The translations under genes were made by a program, and so were the position numbers. Under the pieces are notes generated by a model that saw only the letters and a program-made list of their open reading frames with translations, was not told the origin of the DNA and searched no databases. Source: Candidatus Avilachnospira sp. (GTDB lineage Bacteria; Bacillota; Clostridia; Oscillospirales; Oscillospiraceae). From it: 64,000 nucleotides of DNA. Positions 20,675 through 29,084 of this stretch are shown one piece after another. Position 1 is the stretch's first letter, and each line of letters starts with the position of its first letter. The stretch spans positions 723-64,722 of the forward strand of contig JAZNNW010000129.1 of assembly GCA_045580485.1 (NCBI GenBank), read 5' to 3'.

Positions 20675-22001
20675 ACGAATCGGTATGGTCAGCCTTGGCT
20701 GTGCCAAAAATCAGGTCAACGCAGAGCAGATGCTCTATTTACTGCAGGAGGCAGGCTATGCCATCTCCGGCGATCCCGATGGCTGTGATCTGGCCATCGT
20801 CAATACCTGCGGTTTTATCGACAGTGCCAAAACGGAAGCCATTGACAATATTCTGGCCCTGGGTGCTCTGAAAGCAGAAGACAGATTGGGAAAAATTCTG
20901 GTCACCGGCTGTCTGGCCCAGCGGTATCAGGAGGAGATTCTCCGGGAAATGCCGGAAGTGGACGGTATTTTAGGTACCGGCAGCTATGATGATATCGTGC
21001 CCACTGTCCGAAAGATACTGGACGGCAAGCAGGTCTGCGAGTTTGGTGACATTGATGCGCCCCTCAGCGAAACCGGTCGTGTACTGACCAGCCCGGACTA
21101 TTATGCCTACTTAAAAATTGCAGAAGGCTGCGACAATCACTGTGCTTATTGCGTCATTCCGTCCCTTCGGGGCAAGTACCGCAGCCGGGAACTGGATGAT
21201 GTGCTCTATGAAGCCCGGATGCTGGCACAGGACGGCGTTAAGGAAATCATCGTGGTGGCCCAGGATATCTGCCGCTACGGCATTGATCTGGACGACCATG
21301 AGATGCTCCTGCCCAAGCTCATGAGAGAGCTTTGCAAAATCGATGGGATTCATTGGGTGCGTCTGCACTATCTCTATCCCGATGTGCTCACAGACGAAAT
21401 GATCGATGTCATTGCCAGTGAGCCGAAGATCGTCAAGTATCTGGATATTCCCATCCAGCATATCAATTCCCAGATTCTGAAAAAAATGAACCGCCGTGGT
21501 GATCGGCAGTTCTTGGAGGCACTGTTCCGCAAGCTCCGTCAGCGAATTCCCGGTTTGGTGCTGCGTACCAGTCTCATTGCAGGTTTGCCCGGTGAGGGGG
21601 AAGAAGAATTCGAGGAATTGTGTCAGTTCCTGCGGGAGTTCCGTCTGGAGCGTGTGGGCGCCTTTGCGTTCTCTCCTGAAGAGGGAACGGTGGCTGCCGC
21701 CATGGAGTATCCGCCCACGGAAGTGGCGCAGCAGCGTGCTGAGCGGCTGGCTGAGATCCAGTCCCGGATTATGGATGAATACAATGACAGTTTGATCGGT
21801 AAGACCATGGAAGTCCTCTGCGAGGGCTGGGACGAGGAGGAAGAGGCCTACTACGGCCGTTCCTATGCTGATAGTCCCGACATTGACGGCAAGGTCTGGT
21901 TCGCTGCAGAGCGGACGGTCCGACCCGGTGAATTTGTCATGGTGCAGATCACCGATGTCTATGATGGAGAACTGATCGGAGAAATGGAGGAAGAACAATG
22001 A
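20667..22001 (+). CDS. rimO: Ribosomal protein S12 methylthiotransferase RimO (radical SAM + TRAM)
   Basis: MTTase N-domain VSLGCAKNQVNAE; radical-SAM CDNHCAYC; start ATG 20667 after GGGAGG, overlapping the recX stop. Confidence 0.85.
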   Translation: MTERIGMVSLGCAKNQVNAEQMLYLLQEAGYAISGDPDGCDLAIVNTCGFIDSAKTEAIDNILALGALKAEDRLGKILVTGCLAQRYQEEILREMPEVDGILGTGSYDDIVPTVRKILDGKQVCEFGDIDAPLSETGRVLTSPDYYAYLKIAEGCDNHCAYCVIPSLRGKYRSRELDDVLYEARMLAQDGVKEIIVVAQDICRYGIDLDDHEMLLPKLMRELCKIDGIHWVRLHYLYPDVLTDEMIDVIASEPKIVKYLDIPIQHINSQILKKMNRRGDRQFLEALFRKLRQRIPGLVLRTSLIAGLPGEGEEEFEELCQFLREFRLERVGAFAFSPEEGTVAAAMEYPPTEVAQQRAERLAEIQSRIMDEYNDSLIGKTMEVLCEGWDEEEEAYYGRSYADSPDIDGKVWFAAERTVRPGEFVMVQITDVYDGELIGEMEEEQ

Positions 22002-22507
22002 CAACCGCAACAAAAATTACTTTGGCCCGTGTGGCTTTGATTCCTGTGTTTATGGTGGTTCTGCTGCTGGGTTACAAGTGGCCTGCCATGATTATTTTTG
22101 CCATTGCCAGTCTGACGGATTTTGTGGATGGCTACATTGCTCGGCATTACAATCAGACCAGTGATTTTGGTAAGTTCCTGGACCCTCTGGCAGATAAGCT
22201 GCTGGTGGTGGCTGCCATGCTGATCTTTATCCAGCAGGGCCGTATGCCTGCCTGGGTGGTCATGCTGGTGCTGGCTCGTGAGTTTGCTGTCTCCGGTCTG
22301 CGGATGGTGGCTGCTAAAGAGGGTACCGTTCTGGCTGCCGGTTTCAGCGGCAAGGTCAAGACCTTCTCCACCATGGTCGGTCTGTGCGCCATGATGGTTC
22401 TGCCCTTTGTGTGGCTGGATTGGGTGGTCATTGCTGTCATCGCCGTAACGACCCTTTACTCCGGCATTGAGTATTTCGTCCAGAACTGGAAAGTATTTCA
22501 CTTCTAA
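21998..22507 (+). CDS. pgsA: CDP-diacylglycerol--glycerol-3-phosphate 3-phosphatidyltransferase
   Basis: CDP-alcohol phosphotransferase motif DFVDGYIARHYNQTSDFGKFLDPLADK. Confidence 0.9.
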   Translation: MTTATKITLARVALIPVFMVVLLLGYKWPAMIIFAIASLTDFVDGYIARHYNQTSDFGKFLDPLADKLLVVAAMLIFIQQGRMPAWVVMLVLAREFAVSGLRMVAAKEGTVLAAGFSGKVKTFSTMVGLCAMMVLPFVWLDWVVIAVIAVTTLYSGIEYFVQNWKVFHF

Positions 22508-22510
22508 AAA

Positions 22511-22545
22511 AAGTGTCGCTTCTGTCAAGAAGCGACACTTTTTTT
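22511..22545. terminator. Bidirectional terminator between pgsA and the convergent EamA gene
   Basis: AAGTGTCGCTTCT / AGAAGCGACACTT 13-bp stem flanked by A6 and T5 runs; the EamA stop codon lies in the loop. Confidence 0.75.
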
Positions 22546-23415
22546 AGAGGGGATCTGTGCCAGAACGACACCGGCAAAAACCAGACCGCAGCCGATCAGT
22601 TCCGGTAAGGACAGCCGCTCACCGATGAGCAGCCAACCGGACAGCACGGAGAATACAGACTCCAGACTCATCAGCAGAGAAGCGGTGGTGGGTTCCGTGC
22701 GGGCCTGACCCAGAATTTGAAGGGTATAACCGGCACCTGCGGAGAGGATGCCGGAAGAGGCGATGGGCAGCCAGCACTGTTTCAGAGAAGAAAGGGTAAT
22801 ATCTTCTGTAAAGACTGCGATGACCAGACAGATGATGCCGCAGACAAAGAACTGCAAACAGCTGAGCCGAACACCGTCCACATGGGGGCTGAAATGATCG
22901 ATCACCAGAATGTGACCGGAAAATGCCACAGCGCAGAGAATCAAAAGAATTTCACCAATACCCATGGTCATGTCCCCGGCGCACAGAAGGTACAGGCCGA
23001 TGAGTGCCAGTATAACGGCGAGCCAGACCCAGGGCGAGACCTTTTTTCGGAAGAACAAGCCGATGATAGGTACCAGAATGATGTACAGAGCTGTCAGGAA
23101 ACCGCCTTTACCGGCCTCGGTGGTCATAAGACCGACCTGCTGCAGGGCGCAGGCGGTAAAGAGAAACAGACCGCAGAAGCATCCTGCAATAAGCAGGGTT
23201 TTCTTCTCTTTTGGTGCAGTTGGCTTTTTACTGATGCCGCTTTTATCCAGTATGGCGATCACAGGCAGCAGCACCAGACTGCCCAGCAGAGACCGAACAG
23301 CCAGGAAGGTGAAGGGACCCACATAATCCAGCCCCACGACCTGGGCTACAAAGGAGGCACCCCAGATCATGGCTGCCAACAACAGCATACCATTGCCAAT
23401 CATTTGTTTCGACAT
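22525..23415 (-). CDS. EamA/DMT-superfamily transporter
   Basis: About 10 TM helices and a duplicated EamA pattern. Start set at ATG 23415 (RBS AAGAGG) rather than the TTG at 23436. Confidence 0.8.
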   Translation of the reverse strand: MSKQMIGNGMLLLAAMIWGASFVAQVVGLDYVGPFTFLAVRSLLGSLVLLPVIAILDKSGISKKPTAPKEKKTLLIAGCFCGLFLFTACALQQVGLMTTEAGKGGFLTALYIILVPIIGLFFRKKVSPWVWLAVILALIGLYLLCAGDMTMGIGEILLILCAVAFSGHILVIDHFSPHVDGVRLSCLQFFVCGIICLVIAVFTEDITLSSLKQCWLPIASSGILSAGAGYTLQILGQARTEPTTASLLMSLESVFSVLSGWLLIGERLSLPELIGCGLVFAGVVLAQIPSKKSVAS

Positions 23416-23526
23416 AACAAGACCTCTTTTTGCCAATTTCCGTTACAGTATCACTTTCCTGGGAGGAAGTCAAGAGGCTTGATGAACAGTAGGAAAACTG
23501 CTATAATAAAACAAAGGAGTGATTGG

Positions 23527-23793
23527 ATGGAAGACCTGTTTATCCCAACGCTGCATACATTTGAAAACAACAATATTTTTACCGGCAGCTGGGGTCAGCT
23601 TCGTTTCAAGGTTACCCCGGCCATCACCATGAAGACACCCAAAGAGGTGGATATGGAGGCCAGTTCCATGAAGGCAGAGTTCTGGCACGGTCTGTTTTGC
23701 TATGAAAAAAGCGACATCGAGGAGGAACGGGTGTTTCCCCTCAGCCCGGAAGGTCGGGAAGAAATGATCGCCTGGTTAAAGGAAAATACATGA
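23527..23793 (+). CDS. Hypothetical 88-aa protein
   Basis: Only the last 267 nt of track ORF 22717-23793 lie outside the EamA antisense region. ATG 23527 is preceded by AAAGGAG. No recognisable motif. Confidence 0.4.
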   Translation: MEDLFIPTLHTFENNNIFTGSWGQLRFKVTPAITMKTPKEVDMEASSMKAEFWHGLFCYEKSDIEEERVFPLSPEGREEMIAWLKENT

Positions 23794-23803
23794 AAGAGGT
23801 TGT

Positions 23804-23990
23804 CAAAGAACTACGAAATAGTCTTTTGTGACTGAGTAGCGGGGAAAGTGTGAAAGGGGCAAAAAGTCCCTTTCGCGTTCAATAAACAGGTTTTCTGAAC
23901 TTTCACAAAAAGTTCAGAAAACCGCACAGCGGGGCAAAAAGACTTTTTTGACACGCTGAAAGAGGTTGGCGCTTAGCGTCAACCTCTTTG
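23804..23990. repeat. Cluster of three strong hairpins with internally repeated motifs
   Basis: GAAAGGG..CCCTTTC; GGTTTTCTGAACTTT/AAGTTCAGAAAACC (about 15 bp); AAAGAGGTTGgCGC..GCGtCAACCTCTTT (the last serves as terminator of the Q/N gene). AAAGAGGTTG and GGGGCAAAAAG each occur twice. Confidence 0.6.
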
Positions 23991-23994
23991 CCAT

Positions 23995-24108
23995 TTATCT
24001 CTGGTTCTGTCTGCTGTTCTGATTGTTGTTCTGGTTGTTCTGCTGGTTCTGCTTCTGGTTATTGTTCTGGTTCTGCTTGTTGTTCTGGTTATTCTGATTC
24101 TGGTTCAT
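23995..24108 (-). CDS. 37-aa Gln/Asn-rich small protein (31 of 37 residues are N or Q)
   Basis: Own translation: MNQNQNNQNNKQNQNNNQKQNQQNNQNNNQNSRQNQR. AAGGAGG lies 8 nt before the ATG and a hairpin terminator follows directly. It is 57 nt downstream of spoVAE on the same strand and too short for the ORF track. Confidence 0.6.
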   Translation of the reverse strand: MNQNQNNQNNKQNQNNNQKQNQQNNQNNNQNSRQNQR

Positions 24109-24165
24109 TTCAGTTTCCTCCTTGTTTCGTAGTTGGGTACCGCGCCTTTAGTATGACCGCTTTTT

Positions 24166-24522
24166 TCAGGATTTATCCTTGGGCTTAAAAATCAGTGCCG
24201 CCAGCAGTCCAAAGAAGATCGCCGCAGTGATGCCGCCTGCAGAGGCTTTCAGACCACCGGTCAAAGCACCCAGCAGACCGTCCTGCTGTACGGCTTCTTT
24301 TACGCCCTTGGCAAGGGTGTTGCCAAAGCCGGTGAGGGGAATGGTGGCACCGGCGCCGCCCCATTTGACCAGGGGTTCATAAACACCCACGGCGCCCAGT
24401 ATGACACCGACGACCACATAGGCGACTAAAATTCGTGCCGGTGTCAGTTTTGTTTTATCAATGAGAATCTGACCGATGGCGCACAGAACACCGCCCAGTA
24501 AAAATGCTTTCAGATAATCCAT
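24166..24522 (-). CDS. spoVAE: Stage V sporulation protein AE
   Basis: MDYLKAFLLGGVLCAIGQILIDKTKLTPARILV...GGAGATIPLTGFGN. Start ATG 24522; the upstream part of the track ORF overlaps spoVAD. Confidence 0.85.
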   Translation of the reverse strand: MDYLKAFLLGGVLCAIGQILIDKTKLTPARILVAYVVVGVILGAVGVYEPLVKWGGAGATIPLTGFGNTLAKGVKEAVQQDGLLGALTGGLKASAGGITAAIFFGLLAALIFKPKDKS

Positions 24523-24523
24523 C

Positions 24524-25543
24524 TTATCTCCTTTCCGAACCGATGGAGACGGCATGGCAGACTGCCGGAATACTCTCACCCTGTTGGGTGGAGAGGGGAG
24601 AGAGCAAAGCACCGGTTCCGCAGAAAAGAATATTCTTATATTTCCCTTTTGCCATCTGGCGCAAAAGATAACCGCAGAGTACCACAGAACCGCAGCCGCA
24701 GCCGGAACCGCCTGCGTGGACATCCTGTTTTTGCAGGTCAAAGATCATGGTGCCGCAATCATCGTAAACGCCGCCAATGCCTGCACCGTCTCTGCGGAAC
24801 AGATCCAGCAGGATCTCCTTACCTACCAGACCCAGATCGCCGGTGACGATGAGATCATAGTCGGAAGGGGACAGGTTCAGATCGTCAAAATGGGCTCGGA
24901 TGGTTTCATAAGCGGCAGGCGCCATGGCAGCGCCCATATTATTGGCATCGGTGACACCCTGATCCACCACCGTTCCCGTGGTTGCTGCATTGATATACGG
25001 CCCGTGGTCACGGAGCCCCAAAAGGATGCACCCGGCACCGGTGACAGTCCACTGTGCCGTCGGCGTCCGCTGACCGCCATAGCCCAGAGGGAAGCGGTAC
25101 TGCCGCTCTGCTGAAGCGAAATGGGAGGAACTCATGACCCCTGCAATGGAGGCATATCCGCCATTGACGGACATGGCGGACAGACACAACCCCTCTGCCA
25201 TGGTGGAACAAGCCCCGTAGAGCCCCAGAAAGGGCACACCGGTGTTGCGGACGGCAAAACTGGAACTGATACACTGGTTCAGCAGATCACCGCCATACAG
25301 CGCATCCAGATTCTTGTCATGGAGACCGGCCTTTCGTTTGGCAGTTTCCAGAGCCAAAAACTGCATCTGCCGCTCTGCCTTCTCCCAGGTCTGTTGTTTG
25401 AAGGTGGTATCGGTGGTGGTATAGTCAAAATAAGCGGAAAGCGGTCCTTCCTGTTCCTTCTTGCCCACAATGGAGGCTGCGGACAAAATGGACGGATGCC
25501 GATCAAAAACAATACTTTGCCTGCCCTTGCGTAGGCTTCCCAA
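24524..25543 (-). CDS. spoVAD: Stage V sporulation protein AD (thiolase-like fold)
   Basis: 339-aa ORF, SILSAASIVGKKEQEGPL...YGACSTMAEGL; TTG start with an AAAGGAG RBS. Confidence 0.85.
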   Translation of the reverse strand: MGSLRKGRQSIVFDRHPSILSAASIVGKKEQEGPLSAYFDYTTTDTTFKQQTWEKAERQMQFLALETAKRKAGLHDKNLDALYGGDLLNQCISSSFAVRNTGVPFLGLYGACSTMAEGLCLSAMSVNGGYASIAGVMSSSHFASAERQYRFPLGYGGQRTPTAQWTVTGAGCILLGLRDHGPYINAATTGTVVDQGVTDANNMGAAMAPAAYETIRAHFDDLNLSPSDYDLIVTGDLGLVGKEILLDLFRRDGAGIGGVYDDCGTMIFDLQKQDVHAGGSGCGCGSVVLCGYLLRQMAKGKYKNILFCGTGALLSPLSTQQGESIPAVCHAVSIGSERR

Positions 25544-25600
25544 AGTTCATCACTCCTTTTGCCTTATTATGCGAGCAAATGATGAAATTATTGCAATCGG

Positions 25601-25629
25601 TTGTCTCAAAACGGGTTTTATGGTACAAT
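25601..25629 (+). promoter_or_regulatory. Sigma-A-type promoter with extended -10, upstream of dusB
   Basis: TTGTCT (25601-06), 17 nt, TGgTACAAT (25621-29). Confidence 0.5.
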
Positions 25630-25664
25630 CCTATGGAATGAATTTACCGAAACGGAGTGTTTCC

Positions 25665-26630
25665 ATGAAAATTGGAAATTTGGAAGTAAATGGACAGACT
25701 GCCCTTGCGCCTATGGCCGGGGTCACAGATTGGGCATACCGCACAGTCTGTGCAGAACTGGGTGCGGCTTTGACCGTGACAGAAATGGTCTCCTCCCGGG
25801 CATTGGTCTATCAGGATAAAAAAAGTGTGGGGCTTTTGAAAAAGACCCCCATGGGTATTTGCGGTGCACAGATTTTTGGCAATGACCCGGAGATCATGGC
25901 AAAAGGTGCTCAGTTGGCGCTGGGTCACAGTGGTTGTGATTTTATCGATATCAACATGGGCTGTCCCATGCCGAAGATCGTCAATAACGGTGACGGCAGT
26001 GCGCTGATGAAAGATCCGCAGCTGGCAGGAAGGATCGTCCGTGCCGTTGTGGATGCGGTTGATGTGCCTGTAACGGTCAAAACCAGAATTGGCTGGGATC
26101 GGGGCAGCATCAATGTGGTGGAACTGGCAAAAATAGTGGAAGATAACGGGGCTGCAGCTCTGGCAGTCCATGGAAGGACCAAGTCTATGCTCTATTCCGG
26201 TCGAGCCGATTGGGATACCATCCGGGAAGTAAAACAGTCGATCTCCATTCCCGTCATCGCCAACGGCGATATTTTCGGCGGCAAAGAGGCGGTGCAGTGT
26301 CTGGAACGGACAGGTGCCGACATGGTCATGATCGGCAGAAGCGCTTTCGGCAACCCATGGGTGTTCCGCGAGGCCAATGAGGCTTTGGCTGGCGAGGAAA
26401 TCTCTGAACTGCCGCCTCTCAGCCAGCGAATCGATGTAGCTTTGCGGCAGTATGAGCTGGCAAAAGAGGACAAAGGGGAGCATATCGCCTGCCTGGAGGC
26501 CAGAAAGCACTTTGCATGGTACTTGCGGGGTGTGGCTTACAGCAATTACTATAAAGAACAAATTTCTGCCATACAGACGGCAGAGGATGTATATAAGATC
26601 GCAGCAGGCATCAAGCGGGATCTGAGGTGA
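25665..26630 (+). CDS. dusB: tRNA-dihydrouridine synthase (DusB-like)
   Basis: LAPMAGVTDWAYR, INMGCPMPKIV and AVHGRT motifs; start ATG 25665. Confidence 0.88.
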   Translation: MKIGNLEVNGQTALAPMAGVTDWAYRTVCAELGAALTVTEMVSSRALVYQDKKSVGLLKKTPMGICGAQIFGNDPEIMAKGAQLALGHSGCDFIDINMGCPMPKIVNNGDGSALMKDPQLAGRIVRAVVDAVDVPVTVKTRIGWDRGSINVVELAKIVEDNGAAALAVHGRTKSMLYSGRADWDTIREVKQSISIPVIANGDIFGGKEAVQCLERTGADMVMIGRSAFGNPWVFREANEALAGEEISELPPLSQRIDVALRQYELAKEDKGEHIACLEARKHFAWYLRGVAYSNYYKEQISAIQTAEDVYKIAAGIKRDLR

Positions 26631-26633
26631 GTC

Positions 26634-27248
26634 ATGATGGATGAAAAAGCCCTCATCAGGCAAATATTGGCAGGAGATCAGGATGCGTTTGCCCAGTTGG
26701 TGCAGACCTATCAGAAGCCTGTGTATAACCTTTGCCTGCGAATGGTATCCAATCCCACAGATGCGGAAGATCTGGCCCAGGAGGCCTTTGTGAAGGCCTG
26801 GCGGGGGTTGCGGTTTTACAAGCATGAAGCGGCGTTTTCTACATGGCTGTATCGATTGACTTCCAATGTCTGTATTGACTTTCTGCGGAAACAGAAGCGG
26901 CAGAATACCATTTCTCTGACCATGGAAGAAGATGGCGAACAGGAACTGGAAGTGCCCGATACAGGGCCTTTGCCGGAGGAGCGGGTGCTCCACAGGGAAA
27001 AACAGCAGGCAGTTTCTGAAGCTATGGCACAGCTGGAGGAGGAATACCGTTTGGCTCTGACCTTGCGTGTGGTGAATGAACTGTCTTACGAACAAATCGC
27101 AGAGGTTCTGGACATCAAAGTGGGGACGGTCAAATCCCGCATTGCAAGAGCCAGAGAACGGCTGAGAAAGAACCTTCTTGAAAATGGGAACATTTTTGGG
27201 AATATTTCGTCCAATCAAACAGAGAGGAGGCGAGACCATGAAATGTGA
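26634..27248 (+). CDS. ECF-type RNA polymerase sigma-70 family factor
   Basis: Region 2 (DAEDLAQEAFVKAW, FSTWLYRLTSNVCIDFLR) and region 4 (LSYEQIAEVLDIKVGTVKSRIARAR). Confidence 0.9.
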   Translation: MMDEKALIRQILAGDQDAFAQLVQTYQKPVYNLCLRMVSNPTDAEDLAQEAFVKAWRGLRFYKHEAAFSTWLYRLTSNVCIDFLRKQKRQNTISLTMEEDGEQELEVPDTGPLPEERVLHREKQQAVSEAMAQLEEEYRLALTLRVVNELSYEQIAEVLDIKVGTVKSRIARARERLRKNLLENGNIFGNISSNQTERRRDHEM

Positions 27249-27852
27249 AGATGCGCTGCTGCTCATCAGCGGTCATATAGACGGGGAAAACACACCGCAA
27301 GAAGAACAACTGTTGCAGGAGCATTTGGCAGATTGTGAGGCTTGCAGAGCGGTTTTGCAGGCATACACAGAAGCGGATATGGGAATCGCCTCTTTGACCG
27401 AAGAAGCGCCTGCCGACCTGTGTGAGAAGGTCATGGCTTCCATCGGTGCACCGAAGAAAAAGCAAAGATGGCTGCCTGTGCTGGCGGCAGCGGCAGCTGT
27501 TGCACTGGTGATCGGTCTCGGCTCCGGTCATATGCCTGCGATGCAGCAGGAAGAAGCCGTGCCGATGGTGGCAAGAACTATGGATGTGGAATTTGCAGAG
27601 CCTGCAAACTTCTTCCCGGAGATCAACGGTCAGATTCTTTCCGATGTCCGCAGAGCCTATGTGGTGGAAGTCTCTGAACTGCTGCCGGAGATGGAGAACT
27701 GTCCTTATGAGGAATTGGAAGACGGCTCCTTGCTGTATTTGCTGCCCTCAATGGAAATGGCTGTGGAATTGAGCGAAACATACGATCTGGAGCTGTTTTT
27801 CCATCAACAGGCAGAAAAAGCCTATGCTTTGCTGACCGTAAAGGGGGAGTGA
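27238..27852 (+). CDS. Anti-sigma factor (zf-HC2 type, single TM)
   Basis: MKCEDALLLISGHIDGE...HLADCEACR. It overlaps the sigma-factor stop and has a central TM helix (WLPVLAAAAAVALVIGL). Confidence 0.8.
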   Translation: MKCEDALLLISGHIDGENTPQEEQLLQEHLADCEACRAVLQAYTEADMGIASLTEEAPADLCEKVMASIGAPKKKQRWLPVLAAAAAVALVIGLGSGHMPAMQQEEAVPMVARTMDVEFAEPANFFPEINGQILSDVRRAYVVEVSELLPEMENCPYEELEDGSLLYLLPSMEMAVELSETYDLELFFHQQAEKAYALLTVKGE

Positions 27853-28469
27853 TTGTGCTTAGGAATATCGTGTTTGATATGGGAAATGTGCTGCTCCGCT
27901 TTGAGCCGGATCTGTTTATTGAGGCGCTGGGTGTCACCGATCCCGAAGTTCACAGCCTGCTCAGGCGGGAAGTGTTTGGTTCTGTGGAATGGGTTTTGCA
28001 GGACTGGGGCACGCTGACAGAAGCAGAATCCTCTGAAATCGTCTGCGCCCGCCTGCCGGAAGAACTGCGGCAGATGGCAAGAGATTTGATCTTCCGCTGG
28101 GATGAGCCCATCCGACCCATTGCAGGCATGGCAGAACTGATCCGTGACTGCAAAGAAGCGGGACTGGGCATCTATTTGCTTTCCAATGCCTCTGTCCGCC
28201 TGCCGGAATACTGGCCCCATGTCCCCGGACAGGAATACTTTGACGGCATTGCCGTTTCGGGACTGCTGCACATGGTCAAGCCCATGCCGGAGATCTATCG
28301 CCATGTGCTGGATACATACGGTTTGAAGGCAGAGGAGTGCCTCTTTGTGGATGATATGCCATTGAATGTCTCCGGCGCTCTGCAGGTGGGCATGAAGGGC
28401 TTTGTCTTCCGTGGTGATGCTGATGGATTGCGGCAGGAACTGAAAAATCAAGGCGTTGCCCTTGCATAA
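27849..28469 (+). CDS. HAD-superfamily hydrolase (subfamily IA-like)
   Basis: Motif I VFDMGNVL and motif IV FVDDMPLNV. Confidence 0.8.
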   Translation: MIVLRNIVFDMGNVLLRFEPDLFIEALGVTDPEVHSLLRREVFGSVEWVLQDWGTLTEAESSEIVCARLPEELRQMARDLIFRWDEPIRPIAGMAELIRDCKEAGLGIYLLSNASVRLPEYWPHVPGQEYFDGIAVSGLLHMVKPMPEIYRHVLDTYGLKAEECLFVDDMPLNVSGALQVGMKGFVFRGDADGLRQELKNQGVALA

Positions 28470-28477
28470 AAAGGAAA

Positions 28478-28513
28478 AACTCCTTTGTGCCGTTGGCACA
28501 AAGGAGTTTTTTG
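28478..28513. terminator. Bidirectional hairpin terminator
   Basis: AAACTCCTTTGTGCC / GGCACAAAGGAGTTT perfect stem followed by TTTT. Confidence 0.75.
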
Positions 28514-28517
28514 AATA

Positions 28518-28870
28518 TCATTCTTCCGGAAGAAGCTCAGCTTGACGGGCAACGCGGGCCATTTCTTTTCGGCTCTGTTTCAGGGCAATGGTCTGCATGA
28601 CAATGACCACAGCCATCAAAACGGTGAATACGGCAAAGGCCAGCTTATAGTCGCCAAAAATATCGTAGCATACATTTCCGAAGGGAGAACCGATGGCAAA
28701 GCCTGCATAGTTGGCTGCTGCATAGCAGCCGACTATTTTATCAAAGCTCTTGTCGCCAAAGAATTCGGAGGCGAAGATCGGCAGCATAACGGTTTCCAGA
28801 GGCATGGCAAGATTGTTGATGGGCATCCGAATCCAAGCCAAAGCCTGTCCGGCGGGTGTATTACTTAAAA
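28518..28870 (-). pseudogene. C-terminal remnant of an MFS-type transporter gene
   Basis: Only the last ~115 codons read like a transporter (MLPIFASEFFGDKSFDKIVGCYAAANYAGFAIGSPFGN...). The rest of track ORF 28518-29045 crosses a 21-bp palindrome and shows no TM pattern. Confidence 0.5.
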
Positions 28871-28971
28871 ATATAAACCGATACAGTAGAAAACATGGCA
28901 CAGCCCAGACTGACAAACAACGGCAGCTTGATGCCAAAACGGTCGTTCTTGCAAAATTGCGTGAAGTTTTG

Positions 28972-29016
28972 AATACTGCTACATATTGAAATGCGATTTC
29001 AATATGTAGCAGTATT
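28972..29016. repeat. Perfect 21-bp inverted repeat with a 3-nt loop
   Basis: AATACTGCTACATATTGAAAT gcg ATTTCAATATGTAGCAGTATT, read directly. It lies between the ssrA terminator and the transporter remnant. Confidence 0.9.
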
Positions 29017-29043
29017 TTGAGTCCGGTAGTTTGAATGTCATAC

Positions 29044-29076
29044 AAAAAGAAAAAGAACGCAAACAGTTTGTTCGCG
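29044..29076 (-). terminator. Rho-independent terminator of ssrA
   Basis: On the minus strand, CGCGAAC-AAACU-GUUUGCG followed by a UUCUUUUUCUUUUU run. Confidence 0.6.
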
Positions 29077-29084
29077 TCCTTCTT

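Noticed and set aside
22717-23526. N-terminal 270 codons of the 358-aa plus-strand ORF 22717-23793.
   Set aside because: This part is antisense to the EamA transporter gene. Only the last 88 codons, which lie outside that gene and have their own RBS, are kept as a possible gene.
23995-24108. Imperfect CTGGTT/CTGATT hexamer periodicity, a possible tandem repeat or CRISPR-like array.
   Set aside because: There is no repeat-spacer organisation. The periodicity is simply the codon pattern of the Asn/Gln-rich ORF. I saw no CRISPR array anywhere in the window.
23988-24188. 66-aa Cys/Ser/Gly-rich ORF on the plus strand, which looks like a lanthipeptide or metallothionein-like peptide.
   Set aside because: It is the complement of the Q/N-rich micro-gene and of the spoVAE 3' end. 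It has no RBS, and its start lies inside the terminator hairpin. The minus-strand reading has both an RBS and a terminator.
28871-29045. Upstream part of ORF 28518-29045, giving an apparently full 175-aa protein.
   Set aside because: The reading frame passes through a perfect 21-bp palindrome and shows no transporter-like helices. Only the C-terminal remnant is homologous-looking.
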